A stretch of DNA of 64,000 nt from Lama guanicoe (taxonomy: Eukaryota): the NCBI GenBank assembly GCA_013239625.1, contig MU054187.1, forward strand, positions 23,560,795 to 23,624,794, in the 5' to 3' direction. Positions 53,860-64,000 of the stretch are shown here, piece by piece (the stretch's first letter is position 1; every line of letters begins with the position of its first letter). The notes under the pieces are model-generated. The model did no database searches, was not told the DNA's origin, and saw only the letters and a list, made by a program, of their open reading frames with translations. The position numbers and the translations under genes are program-made.

Positions 53860-56800
53860 TACACAAATCAAAAATCCATAATAATAATAATAGATAAACG
53901 CAAAAAAGAAATCTAAACATAACTCTAAAGACAATCATTACATCATAAGAGAAGAGAGCAAAAGGAGAAAGGAACAAAAGAAAACTACAAAAACAACCAG
54001 AAAACAAGTAACAAAATAGTTATAAGTACATGCCTACCAATAATTACATTAAGTGTAAATGGAATAATATTCTGAGCAAAAGATATAGAGTAGATGAATG
54101 GATACACAAACAAGCCCAACATATGTTTCCTACAACAGACTCACTGCAGATATAAAGACACACACCAATTAAAAGTGAGGGGATGGAGAAAGGTATTCTA
54201 GGCAAATGGAAACAACAAGAAAGCCAGGATAGCAATGCTTATATCAGACAAAATAGACTTTAAAACTAATACTGTAAGAAGAAACAAAGAAGGGCATTAT
54301 AAGATGATAAAAGATCAAAGAATAAGATATAACAACTGTAAATATACACGAACCCAACATAGGATAATCTATACACATAAAGCATATATTAATAGACACA
54401 AAAGGCAACATTTATAGTAAAATAATAATAGTACAGGACTTTAATACCTCACTTACATCAATAAGGAAAAATTGGCCTTAAATGACACATTAGAGCAGAT
54501 GGACTTCAAAGATATCTAAAGCACATTCCATCTGAAAACAGCAGAATATACACGCTTTTCAAGTGCAGATGGAACATTCTTCAGGATGGATCACATGCTA
54601 GGCCACAAATCTTGGTAAATTTAAGAAGACTGAAATCATTTCAAGCATCTTTTCTGACCATAAAGCTATGAGACTGGAAATCAATCAAAAGAAAAAAAAA
54701 CTGCAAAAATCACAAACACATGCAGGCTAAACAATATACTAATAAACAATGAATGGGACACTGAAGAAATCAAAGAAGAAATTAAAAAATGCCTGGAGAC
54801 ACATGAAAACCAAACATTACAATCCGAAATCTATGGGACGCAGCAAAAGTAGTTTTAAGAGGGACTTTATAGCAATACAAGCCTACCTCAGGAAACAAGA
54901 AAAATCTCAAATAAACAACCTAACCTTATACCTAAAGGAGCTAGAAAAAGAACAAACAAAACCCAAAGTTACTATAAGGAAAGAAATCATACAGATCAGA
55001 TCAGAAATAAGTAAAGTAGAGACTAAAAACAGTAAAATGGATCAATGAAAATAAAAGCTGTTTTTTGGGGAAAGATAAAATTGATAAACCTTTAGCCACA
55101 CTCATCAGGAAAGAAAGGGAGAGGATTCTAACAAAGAAAGTTGGAAGTGAAAAAGCAGAAGTTACAACTGGCACCACAGAAATACCAAAGATCATAAGAG
55201 ATTAATACAATTATACACCCAATAAAATGGACAATGTAGAAGAAATGGGCAAATACCTAGAAATATACAATCTTCCAAGACTAAATCAGGAAAAACTGAA
55301 AATATAAACAGAGCAAATACCAGGAATGAAATTGAATCACTAATTAAAAAAAAAAATCCCAACCAAAAAAGTCCAGGACCAGAGCGCTTCATAGGTAAAT
55401 TGCACCAAACATTTAGAGATGAGTCAACACTTATCCTTCTCAAATTATTCCAGAAAACTCAAAGAAAGGAACACTTCCCAATTCATTCTGTAAGGCCAGC
55501 ATTACCCTGGGACTAAACCACAGGAAGATATCACAAGAAAAGAAAATTACAGGCCCATTATCATTGTTATGAACATAGGTGCAGACATTCTCAACAAAAA
55601 TTCACTTATTGAATTTAACAATACATTAAAAGAATCATACGCCATGTTCAGGTGGGATCTATCTCAGGGAGGCAAGGATTGTTCAATACTCACAAATCAA
55701 TCAATGCGATACACAACATTAACAAACTGAAGAATAAAAATCATATGATCATCTCAATAGATGTAGTAAAAGCTTCTGACAAAATTCAACATCCATTTAT
55801 CATAAAAAACTCTCAACAAAGTGGGTACAGAGGAAACATACCCCAACAGAATAACGACCATATATGACAATCCTACAGCTGATATCACACACAGTGGTAA
55901 AAAGCAGAAAGCAATAAATCTCTCACCATCTTCCTTCTGCCTAGTATTGAAAGTTCTAGCCACAGATGTCAGACAAGATAAATAGATAAAAGGCATCCAA
56001 ATTGGAAACGAAAAAGTAAAAATGTCACTGTTTGCAGATGACATGATACTATACACAGAAAATCCTAAGATGCCACTGGAAAGCCTACTAGGACTCGTCA
56101 ACGATTTTGGTAAATTTGCAGGTTACAAAAATTAATATACAGAAACCCGTTGCACTTCTATACACGAATGATAAAGTATCAGAAAGAGACATGTAGGAAA
56201 CAATCGTACTTGCAGTCACATGCCGAGAAAAATGTACCTGGGAATGAATCTAACGAAGAAGGTAAAAAAATCATGTTCTTGGAAAACTATAACACACTGA
56301 TAAGAGCAGCTGAAAAGGACCCAAACCAGTGGAAAGAGATGCTGTGCTCATGGACTGGAAGAATTAATACTGTTAAAACCACCATACTGCCCAAGGCAAC
56401 CTACAGATTCAACGTGATCCCTATCAAAATACCAACGGCCTTTTTCACAGAACTAGAACAGATAATTATAACATTTATAGACAGACATAAAAGACCCTCA
56501 GAAGCCACAACAAGCCTAAGAAATAAGAAGAAAACTGGAGGTTTTATGGTCCAATATTTCAAACTATACCACAAAGCTCTGTAGTCAAAGGAGTATGGTA
56601 CTGGCATAAAAACATACCCACAGACCAACAGAAGACAGAGATTCTAATGAGCCCACACTGATGTCAGTGATTAATATACATATGGTCAATTAATCTGTGA
56701 CAAAGGAGGCAAGAATGTACAATGGAGGGAAGACAGCCTCTTCAATAAATGGTGTTGGGAAAACTGGACAGCTACATGCAAAAGAACCAAGTGGACCACT

Positions 56801-58200
56801 TTCTTATTCCATATACAAAAAATAAAGGCAAAATGGATTAAAGATTTAAATGGAAGATCTGAAACCTTACAATTCCTAGAAGAAAATATAGGCCACATAC
56901 ACTCTTTGACCCCAGTCATAGGAATATTTTTTGGATGTGTCTCCTCAGGCAAAGGAAAAAAAATTAAAATAAACAAATGGCAAAAATAAAAACCAAACAT
57001 CAAACTAAAAGCTTTTGCACAATGAAGAAAACTATCCACAAAATGAAAAGTTTGCATTCAAAATGGGGGAAGATATTTGTAAATGATGTGTGTGACAAAG
57101 GTTATCATCCAAAATATACAAAGAGTTTATACAGCTCAATGCTATAAAGCAAACAACCCAGTTAAAAAAATGGGCACTGAACCTGAAAAGATATTTTTCC
57201 AAAAAAGACATACAGATGGCCACCAGGTACCTGAAAAAATGCTCAACATCACTAATTATCGGGGAAATGAAAATCAAAACCACAAGGCAATAACACTTCA
57301 CACCTGTCAGAATGGTTATTAACAAAAAGACAACAAGGAGCAAGTGTTGGATGTGGAGAACTTAGCAGTATTAAGCTAAATGCAATAGACCAACAGAGAA
57401 AGACCAATACTGCATGATTTCACTTAAGTCTGGAATCTAAAAATCAAAACAAATGAACAAACAAAGCTAAACAGAAACAGAGACATAGTTACAAAGAACA
57501 AACAGGTAGTGGCCAGAGGGGAGTGGGATGGAGGGAGGAGAGAAACAGATGAGGAAGATTAAGAGGTACGCACTTCCAGTTATAAAATATTTGATTCACA
57601 GGCATGAAATGTACAGTGTGGGGGATCCAGTCCATAACTATGTAATATCGTTGAGTGGTGACAACTAGACTTAACATGGTGATCATTTTGAAATGTATAG
57701 AAACTTCACATTACTTTGCTGTGTACCAGGAAGTAAAATCTTGTAGGTCAACTGTAGTTCAAAAACTAACAAACTCATAGGAAAATACATTAGCTTAGTG
57801 GCCGTCAGAGATAAGGGGTGAGTGCAGGGGGAACTGGATGAAGGTAGTCAAAAGGTACAAACGTCCAGTTATAAGATAAATAAGTTCTAGGGATGTAATG
57901 TGCAACATGGTAAATATAATTTGCACTGCTGTACAGTATATGAAAATTGTTAAAAGAGAAACTCTAAGAGTTCTCATCACAAAGAAAAAATATTTTTGTT
58001 TCTGTTTTTTATTGTTGTATCTATATGAGATAATGGATGTTCACTGAACTTACTGTGGTAATCATTTCATGATATATGCAAATCAAATCTTTATGCTGTA
58101 AACTTTAAACTTATTCAGTGCTCTATGTAAATTATATCTCAATAAAACTGGAGAAAAATAACAAAGAAAAAACCCAAAACTAAAGCAAACAAACAAAAAA
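53860..58200 (+). mobile_element. Long decayed LINE-1: inter-ORF spacer, ORF2 (endonuclease and RT), bipartite 3'UTR, A-rich tail
   Basis: ORF2 start region near 54016 with ATG mutated, endonuclease motifs (MLISDKIDFK), FADDM at ~56031, C-terminal fragments and several internal deletions. AATAAA at 58141. Confidence 0.95.
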
Positions 58201-58377
58201 GAATTTAGGAACATGGGGTAGAAAAACGGTAAATTGAAGAGTTGGTTAGAATATTCAAAATATTTTAACTTTTTGTCTTATGTATCCCCCTTTGACAAAG
58301 CAGTCATGTCTTTTCATTCTTGTATAAAATTATCCTGGCAAAATATACATCCCTCTCTCAACAGAAGTAAATAAATA

Positions 58378-58767
58378 CACATATCTCCCACTGTTCTCAA
58401 GTTCACTTAAGCCACTTTGCTTTCATGAAAGACCTACATGAGTATCTGTTTTTGCTAACTACAAAAATCCAAAGGGGATTTTTCGCTTTTATTGGAAAAG
58501 GCAAAAAGCAAAAACAGCATTCAGCATTTGTTTTGAAAGGAGGCAGCAGCGTGAGAGCAGCCAGCCAAGCTCCCGCCGGGGGACAGGGCATCGAGCCGCC
58601 AGGGCTGTCTGTGCGCTGGGTCTTGTGAGCGCACGTGCTTTATTGCCATTTATTTTGTGCATCGTCAGCAAGGTGAGTCCTAAGGTAACTGCTTCTTTGC
58701 TTTATACCATTTCAGCTTATGAGAGATTTCAAAGGAACACTCTCCTTTCCAATAGCAGGGGAAACTA
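58378..58767. mobile_element. TcMar/Tigger-type non-autonomous DNA transposon
   Basis: Degenerate TIRs cacatatctcccactg and tagcaggggaaacta, flanked by TA on both sides (58376-58377 and 58768-58769). Confidence 0.7.
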
Positions 58768-58879
58768 TATTCAGAAACAAAATGTAATCAACAACCTGAC
58801 AATTTACATGGAAACTAAGGGTCACAAGCCACGGGAATACCTATTTGTCATATTTATCACCATTTTGTCATATCCCTAA

Positions 58880-59303
58880 TGTAACCGAGCAGGACCCTTC
58901 CAGGGCCTTCCAGGTCAGGCCCCTCCCCCATATCCTCTGCTGTAGCTTTTTCAGATGCTGAAAACCACCACCAAAGGGAAGAAAACAACTGCTCGATGAT
59001 CAAGAGCACATGGCCCCAGCCCCTCTGGTGCCTAGGGGCTGATAGTGCTGACAGCCCTGTCACTTCAGCATCAGCCACTCAGAGATGTGCACGAGCTGAT
59101 CACGTACCCTCCGACCCCCTCCCTTACCTGGCCTTAATATGCTGTGCTGAAACCCTTCGGGGAGCTCAGAGTTTTCTTGGGCATGAGCCACTCCATCCTC
59201 CTTGCTCAGCCCTGCAATAAACCTTTCTCTGCTCCATACTCACGGTTCAGTTTGTTTGGTCTCACAGTGCATTGGGCAAAAAACAAACTTGCCTTCAGTA
59301 ACA
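58880..59303 (+). mobile_element. ERV1-type solo LTR
   Basis: TGTAAC...GTAACA termini, AATAAA at 59216-59221, and 4-bp flanks ctaa/gtaa (1 mismatch). Confidence 0.85.
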
Positions 59304-59309
59304 GTAAGA

Positions 59310-59493
59310 CAAGGCTTCTCAGACTTCAGAGCGCCTTAGAATGATCCAGAGGGCTACTGGAACACAGATCACTGGGCTGTCCTCTCAAATTCTGGCTTAG
59401 GGGGTTGGGGCGGGGCCAGGAACGCGCACTTCTAACAAGGTTCCAGATGACGCTGATGGTGCTGGTCTAGGGACCGCAGCTGGAGAACCACTG
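59310..59493. mobile_element. MER5A hAT-Charlie DNA transposon
   Basis: TIRs caaggcttctca and ggagaaccactg, with internal cacttctaacaag...gatgacgctgatggtgctggtc. Confidence 0.85.
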
Positions 59494-59691
59494 CCCTGGA
59501 ACCACATTACCCCAGGACCAGTGAAGATAAACTATTTTAAGTAACTGAGGGTAAATGAAATAGAGTCAAGGGCTAACATCTCAAAATATAACTGAAGCCG
59601 GCTGCACACACACATTTAATGGGAAGAAAAAGAAATGGCAATTTGAATTTGTGATGTTTCATTATTTACCAATCAAAAATGGAGGTCTAGA

Positions 59692-59818
59692 TAAATCACA
59701 GAGAAAAAAATGTGACAATGAGTGTGTATATGTCCATGTATGACTGAAAAATTGTACTGAACACTGGAATTTGACACAACACTGTAAAATGATTATGAAT
59801 CAATAAAAATGTAAAAAA
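59692..59818 (+). mobile_element. Truncated young L1 3' tail (~127 bp) with perfect 17-bp TSD
   Basis: TSD aaaaatggaggtctaga at 59675-59691 and 59819-59835. AATAAA at 59802-59807 followed by an A-tail. Related to the 3' end of the L1 at 4450-4567. Confidence 0.92.
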
Positions 59819-60398
59819 AAAAATGGAGGTCTAGAGAACCTAGAGTTTTATTTCACACTGAACCTAAATACTTAACACTAGAGAGGCACTAGATTAAAAA
59901 AAATTAGTGAGAGACAGAAATGAAGGCAATAGAAAATTACTAATAATTAAAATTTCCCTTTGCTATACTCTTGATACATAATAAGTTAGTTTATGGGATG
60001 AAGGCTAGAAAGTTAGAACATATATGAGGTACTTAAAGTCTGTATTTTTCAGTAATAATATCAATAATAAAAAGCAACATTCATATCTCTTAAGAAATAT
60101 GATCATGCTTTATAAGATTACTATGCAGTTTTTATAAACACTAGATAAACAAGCCACACAGATTTTCTTACTCTCAAATTTACCACCTGCATATCAATTA
60201 TTCGTGATTACTCTGGGAGTGTAAAGTTGCATAAATTACATAAACTGCATAAGTTACAAAATCCTAGAACTCAGAAATCAAGTTATTAGGTAGTTAGTTA
60301 AGAGGGGTACAGGGCCGATGAGGTGGGGGAGAGGGAGGGCAGTCTGGAAGACGGTGGGATGTTCACTTTCCATATAAAAGAACTGTACTTCCTCTAAG

Positions 60399-60842
60399 TG
60401 AGTGCCAGTGAGAAACTAGTTAGAGCTAGACGGCCGTGACCGCATGGTAGTGACAAGGACCTCACTGGGCATGATGCAATGCTCACTGTAATATAATTAG
60501 CATGTGGTTTAGCACCCCCCCACACCACCATGGGTTTTTCTGTGTGCATCATGGGCAAGGACATGCACAAAGGGGATGAGCATGACTAAGCACTGCAGGG
60601 GCAAGAGCTGTCAATTAATCAAGGACCACCTCTAAGCGAGGGTGTAAGAGAAGGGGACAAATAGGGACCATTGCCATCGGCCCTTGGATCAGCCTGCCTC
60701 CTGCTCTTGGTGGTGTACTTTTGCTTTGTTAATAAAAATTTTAAATCTTTCCCTATACAATGCTTTCCTCTCCCATGTGAATTCTTTTCTTTTGGGGCAA
60801 GACAAGAACTGAGGCCTTTTCCCTTCCCCTTTTGGGATGACA
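60399..60842 (+). mobile_element. ERV-type solo LTR
   Basis: GC-richer block ending in TGACA, AATAAA at 60731-60736, and U5-like gtgaattctttt...gacaagaac. Left boundary uncertain. Confidence 0.7.
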
Positions 60843-62541
60843 AAGTCACTCCACGTCATCCAGGGAGACCTCTGGCACTTACTACCTATACAGATAGAGG
60901 GGGCCAGGTAGCCTTTCCAGTCTACTTGTTGTTAAAATGAGAACTAAAATTAAAACTTCCATGTTCCAAATTTTGCTGAATTGAATTAGGTGATACATGT
61001 CAGTACCCAACATCATGAAGCACCTCAATGAACATCACTCAGATATTTCACTTGAAATATCTATGACACCATTTCAAAAAAAGGTATAAAATTTCCTTTT
61101 TTTGATCCCTCTTTGTATCCATGATAGATTTGAGACAAGAAAGTGGAATCAATAGACCAGGAGGAGTGAATAGACTCTATAATGATTTACTTAAATGAGA
61201 GGGGTAATCAACTCAAAACTGAGCCATTACTTAACCCAGTAGAGGCATAAAATCATCAATTTCCTAGTCAACATGAGGCTTCCAGTGTGTGCTGCAGGTC
61301 ATTTGGTAAAGTGGAATCTAAAATCATCCAGCTTCTCTTTACCTAAAAGCCTTCAGCATCTGCTAGCTCAGGAAAAGGCTTAAAGAGCACACATTCCCCC
61401 AACTCTAGAAATAAAAGTCCAGCGGCAGCAGAAAGTAAAACAATCATTACACATGTCACATTTGAACCATGCAGCTCTTTTCTCCCTCTAAAACTTATGA
61501 GAGCCACAGAAGGTCACCCAGGTGACTAATTTGTAAATATTAAAGGTTCCCAAGTCTTATGCAGCTTAAATAACACATGTAAAAATAACTGGTGGTTCTC
61601 TTTTTTATATCTAAAAATATCAGCTATCAACTTCACAAAGATGATTCTAACCTCCATATTTTACAATATGTTAAAGTTGAAACAAGTTATGTATTAGGAT
61701 GTGGACACTTAAAAAACTTTTTTCCCCAAACTATTTTAATGTGATAAACATATATATGTATTTTTAGATTATAACCTTGAAAATGTCATATTCTGATTGA
61801 TCTTATCTAAAACTATTAAAATATTCAAGATTCTAACATGAAACAGCGCTAAGGATACTTCCTGGGACAAGATATTTTAAAATCTTGGGTTTATTTTGCC
61901 ACACAGATATCAAACCATAATATGAGGGATTGGGGCAGGGAGAAAACCTGGAGGTTATCATTCACTTACTCCTCCAGACTTTCTTCTATGAGGATCAGAT
62001 TTCACACAAGGACGAGTAACGAAGTGGTGCCCATCCTCAACTTCAACCTTGATGGCTATTTAGTGCCAGTTTGAACTTCTGAAATAGCTTTCATCTCATA
62101 TTTCAAAGTGCTTGTGTAAGAAACTGTGTTGTATTTCTTTAATTGCATTGACAACCATACACTACATAGAAAACTGTTCTCAGATGAGAACACTGAAGCA
62201 ACCTTCCAATGAATCAGGGACTTAGAAAAGAGACACTTCTTAGTGTGTAAAACTAGACAAGTATTTCCCAAATCCCACAGAACTGCATGTACTACATACT
62301 AAATGGACTGTATGTTTGTGAGTTCTCACTATCATATATATCAGATCATTTCTCATAATCATTCTCAACAGAAATGCCATAGTGCCACTTAAAAAACAGG
62401 ATTACCAACTGAGTGGTCTCCACGTCGTCCTGTATTGTGAGCCTCTCCACAGACATCCACAGCCACTATATATTCTGAAGTTTTCTAACTATTTTCGGCC
62501 CTACGAGGAAGCACTCAAGTCTTCTACACACCTAATACTGA

Positions 62542-62942
62542 TGTTGGGGAAGGTCATCAAGAAAAGATCACTAGCTGAAACTCTGAGCTGGACCTAGGCA
62601 ATTGGAGCCTCCTGCATCCTCTCCTCTGTCCTTTGAATGTGGCTTGAGCTTGCCTTCCCCATTCCCAGAAGCTGCCCCAAGGACACAGCCTTGAGACAGA
62701 ATTGTGGTGTTGGGACGATCTGGACTGCATACGTGATTAAATCCAGTTAAGGGCTCCATACAAACTTTTAAGATTCTGATGGGCAGGTGATGAGATGTAT
62801 GGTCTTGTGGCCACCAATGGCAAGCCTCGTAAGTAAGTTCCCTTGCTTATTAAACCTGCCACCTACCAGTCTGGAGTGATCTGCCTCTTTCTTTGGTTTC
62901 TCCCTGCCTTCTGCATGTGGGGGCTGATTTAATAAACTAACA
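62542..62942 (+). mobile_element. ERV-type solo LTR
   Basis: TGTTGG...CTAACA termini, ATTAAA signal near 62849 followed by a U5-like pyrimidine stretch. No clear TSD. Confidence 0.75.
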
Positions 62943-63504
62943 GTTAAATATATGATTACTGAGCAAGCACACTTACCCTGGCAACTGAGCCAGTGCAAGT
63001 CAGCGATACCTAACTCACACAGTGAAATTAATCAAATGCTGTCAAATATACAGCAGAAAGACTTTCTGGATAAACGGACAATTTCTTTTTGAGCAGCAAC
63101 TATATTTAACATCCAGTTAAGGCTGTGGAATAGGCTGTCTCACTAGAGAGGGAATTACTGCTTTCAGGGAATTTAGGATCTACCTAAAGGAATGAAGCAT
63201 TCATACATGCAAGACAATTTGACAAAAAACAATGACAGGCCAGTAACATATAGCATGTAAATACTGAAGATCATCTAAGTGCACTCTAGTTAAATAGGAG
63301 GCTCTTCTTCAAGAAGCAGAAACATCTGGGCCAGGTTCCCTGATTTGACCTGGGCACTGCTGCTAATCCCCATTCCACACATTCCTACTAGTAGTATATA
63401 TTTTTCATGTCTTATCACTTTTTTCACAATTCCTAGTTTCTTTTCTCAATGACCTACGCTTTACAGTATTTCTAGAATTATCTCCCAAAGGTCTAAGTCA
63501 GACC

Positions 63505-63745
63505 ATGTTATATTCAATAAGAGAGTGAGACCCTGGAGTCCAGGGGATCTAGCCTGAACCCTGGCTCTGCCACTTATTATATAAGTGACTTTGTGGGTAA
63601 TCTACTCAATGTCTCTAAGCCACAGATTATTCATCTGTTGAACAGGGATACTAATATACCTACTTTTAAACTTTCCATGTAGACTAAATAAATATAAGAA
63701 TTCCTAGCAGAACACTCAGCACAGAGTAAATGTTAAATAACTGTG
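63505..63745 (+). mobile_element. MIR SINE remnant
   Basis: ccctggctctgccactta...tctctaagccacag...catctgttgaacagggatactaat. Confidence 0.8.
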
Positions 63746-64000
63746 AGACACTGTTTTAATTGTTTTAATTATACCCCTCCCCCTTAGCTTTAAAATAGCC
63801 TATCAAGATGAATTAAGAGCTTCTAAGCCAGAAGTTCAAGCCCTTTCACTTTATGGCACAGCCTGCTATCCTGTATTTCTATCATAACACTTCCTTCTGG
63901 GCTATCGATGTTGCAGCCAAACCAGATGGTGTGCCCTTCTCTGTGCTGTCCCCATAAAACCCTATCTCCCTGCCTTTGTGTAGTTCCTTTGATCTGCCCC

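Larger units (their letters stand above)
26033..64000 (-). other. MMP16: MMP16 intron 1 (3' part; exon 1 lies beyond the window)
   Basis: No signal-peptide exon or CpG island seen upstream of exon 2 within the window. MMP16 intron 1 is known to be very long in mammals. Confidence 0.85.

Noticed and set aside
53317..53934. Longest ORF in the track (205 aa, minus strand)
   Set aside because: It is an antisense read across L1 3'UTR fragments, with F/Y/I/C-rich composition and no recognisable domain.
54016..57360. Potentially active L1 ORF2
   Set aside because: The start codon is mutated, there are many stops, frameshifts and internal deletions, and there is no ORF1 or promoter.
58403..59344. 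Dense set of overlapping short ORFs on both strands
   Set aside because: They coincide with GC-richer Tigger and LTR sequence, which has fewer stop codons, and show no protein homology.
61041..61062. Perfect inverted repeat agatatttca-ct-tgaaatatct
   Set aside because: AT-rich 10-bp arms are expected roughly by chance in 64 kb, and there is no supporting context.
1..64000. A novel multi-gene system, CRISPR array, operon, tRNA or rRNA
   Set aside because: The window is eukaryotic intronic DNA of one known gene. I saw no regularly spaced repeat-spacer array, structured RNA gene or unexplained long ORF.

Overview
Mammalian genomic DNA lying entirely inside the MMP16 (MT3-MMP) gene, which runs on the minus strand. 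Three coding exons are present with canonical AG/GT boundaries and compatible phases: 26032-25884 (149 bp, not in the ORF track), 16602-16480 (123 bp) and 5301-4997 (305 bp). They match exons 2-4 as I recall them and encode the prodomain, cysteine switch PRCGVPD, furin site RRKR and the N-terminal catalytic domain with the MT-loop. The rest is intron, dominated by decayed retroelements: young and old L1, L2, MIR, CR1/L3, MaLR/ERVL/ERV1-type solo LTRs, and Tigger and MER5A DNA transposons. Nearly all other ORFs in the track are L1 fragments or noise. The young L1 3' ends and the absence of Alu, B1, Bov, PRE-1 or Can SINEs suggest a camelid (inference). I find no support for a novel biological system. 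The most notable unexplained structures are: a ~610 bp non-L1, polyadenylated, TSD-flanked retrocopy nested in an old L1; a ~95 bp, ~90% identical direct repeat bracketing exon 2; a twin-priming L1 whose inverted part comes from ORF1; and a tiny sense-oriented L1 tail carrying AATAAA just upstream of exon 2. Repeat family names come from recalled consensus sequences and their boundaries are approximate unless a TSD or TIR is given.
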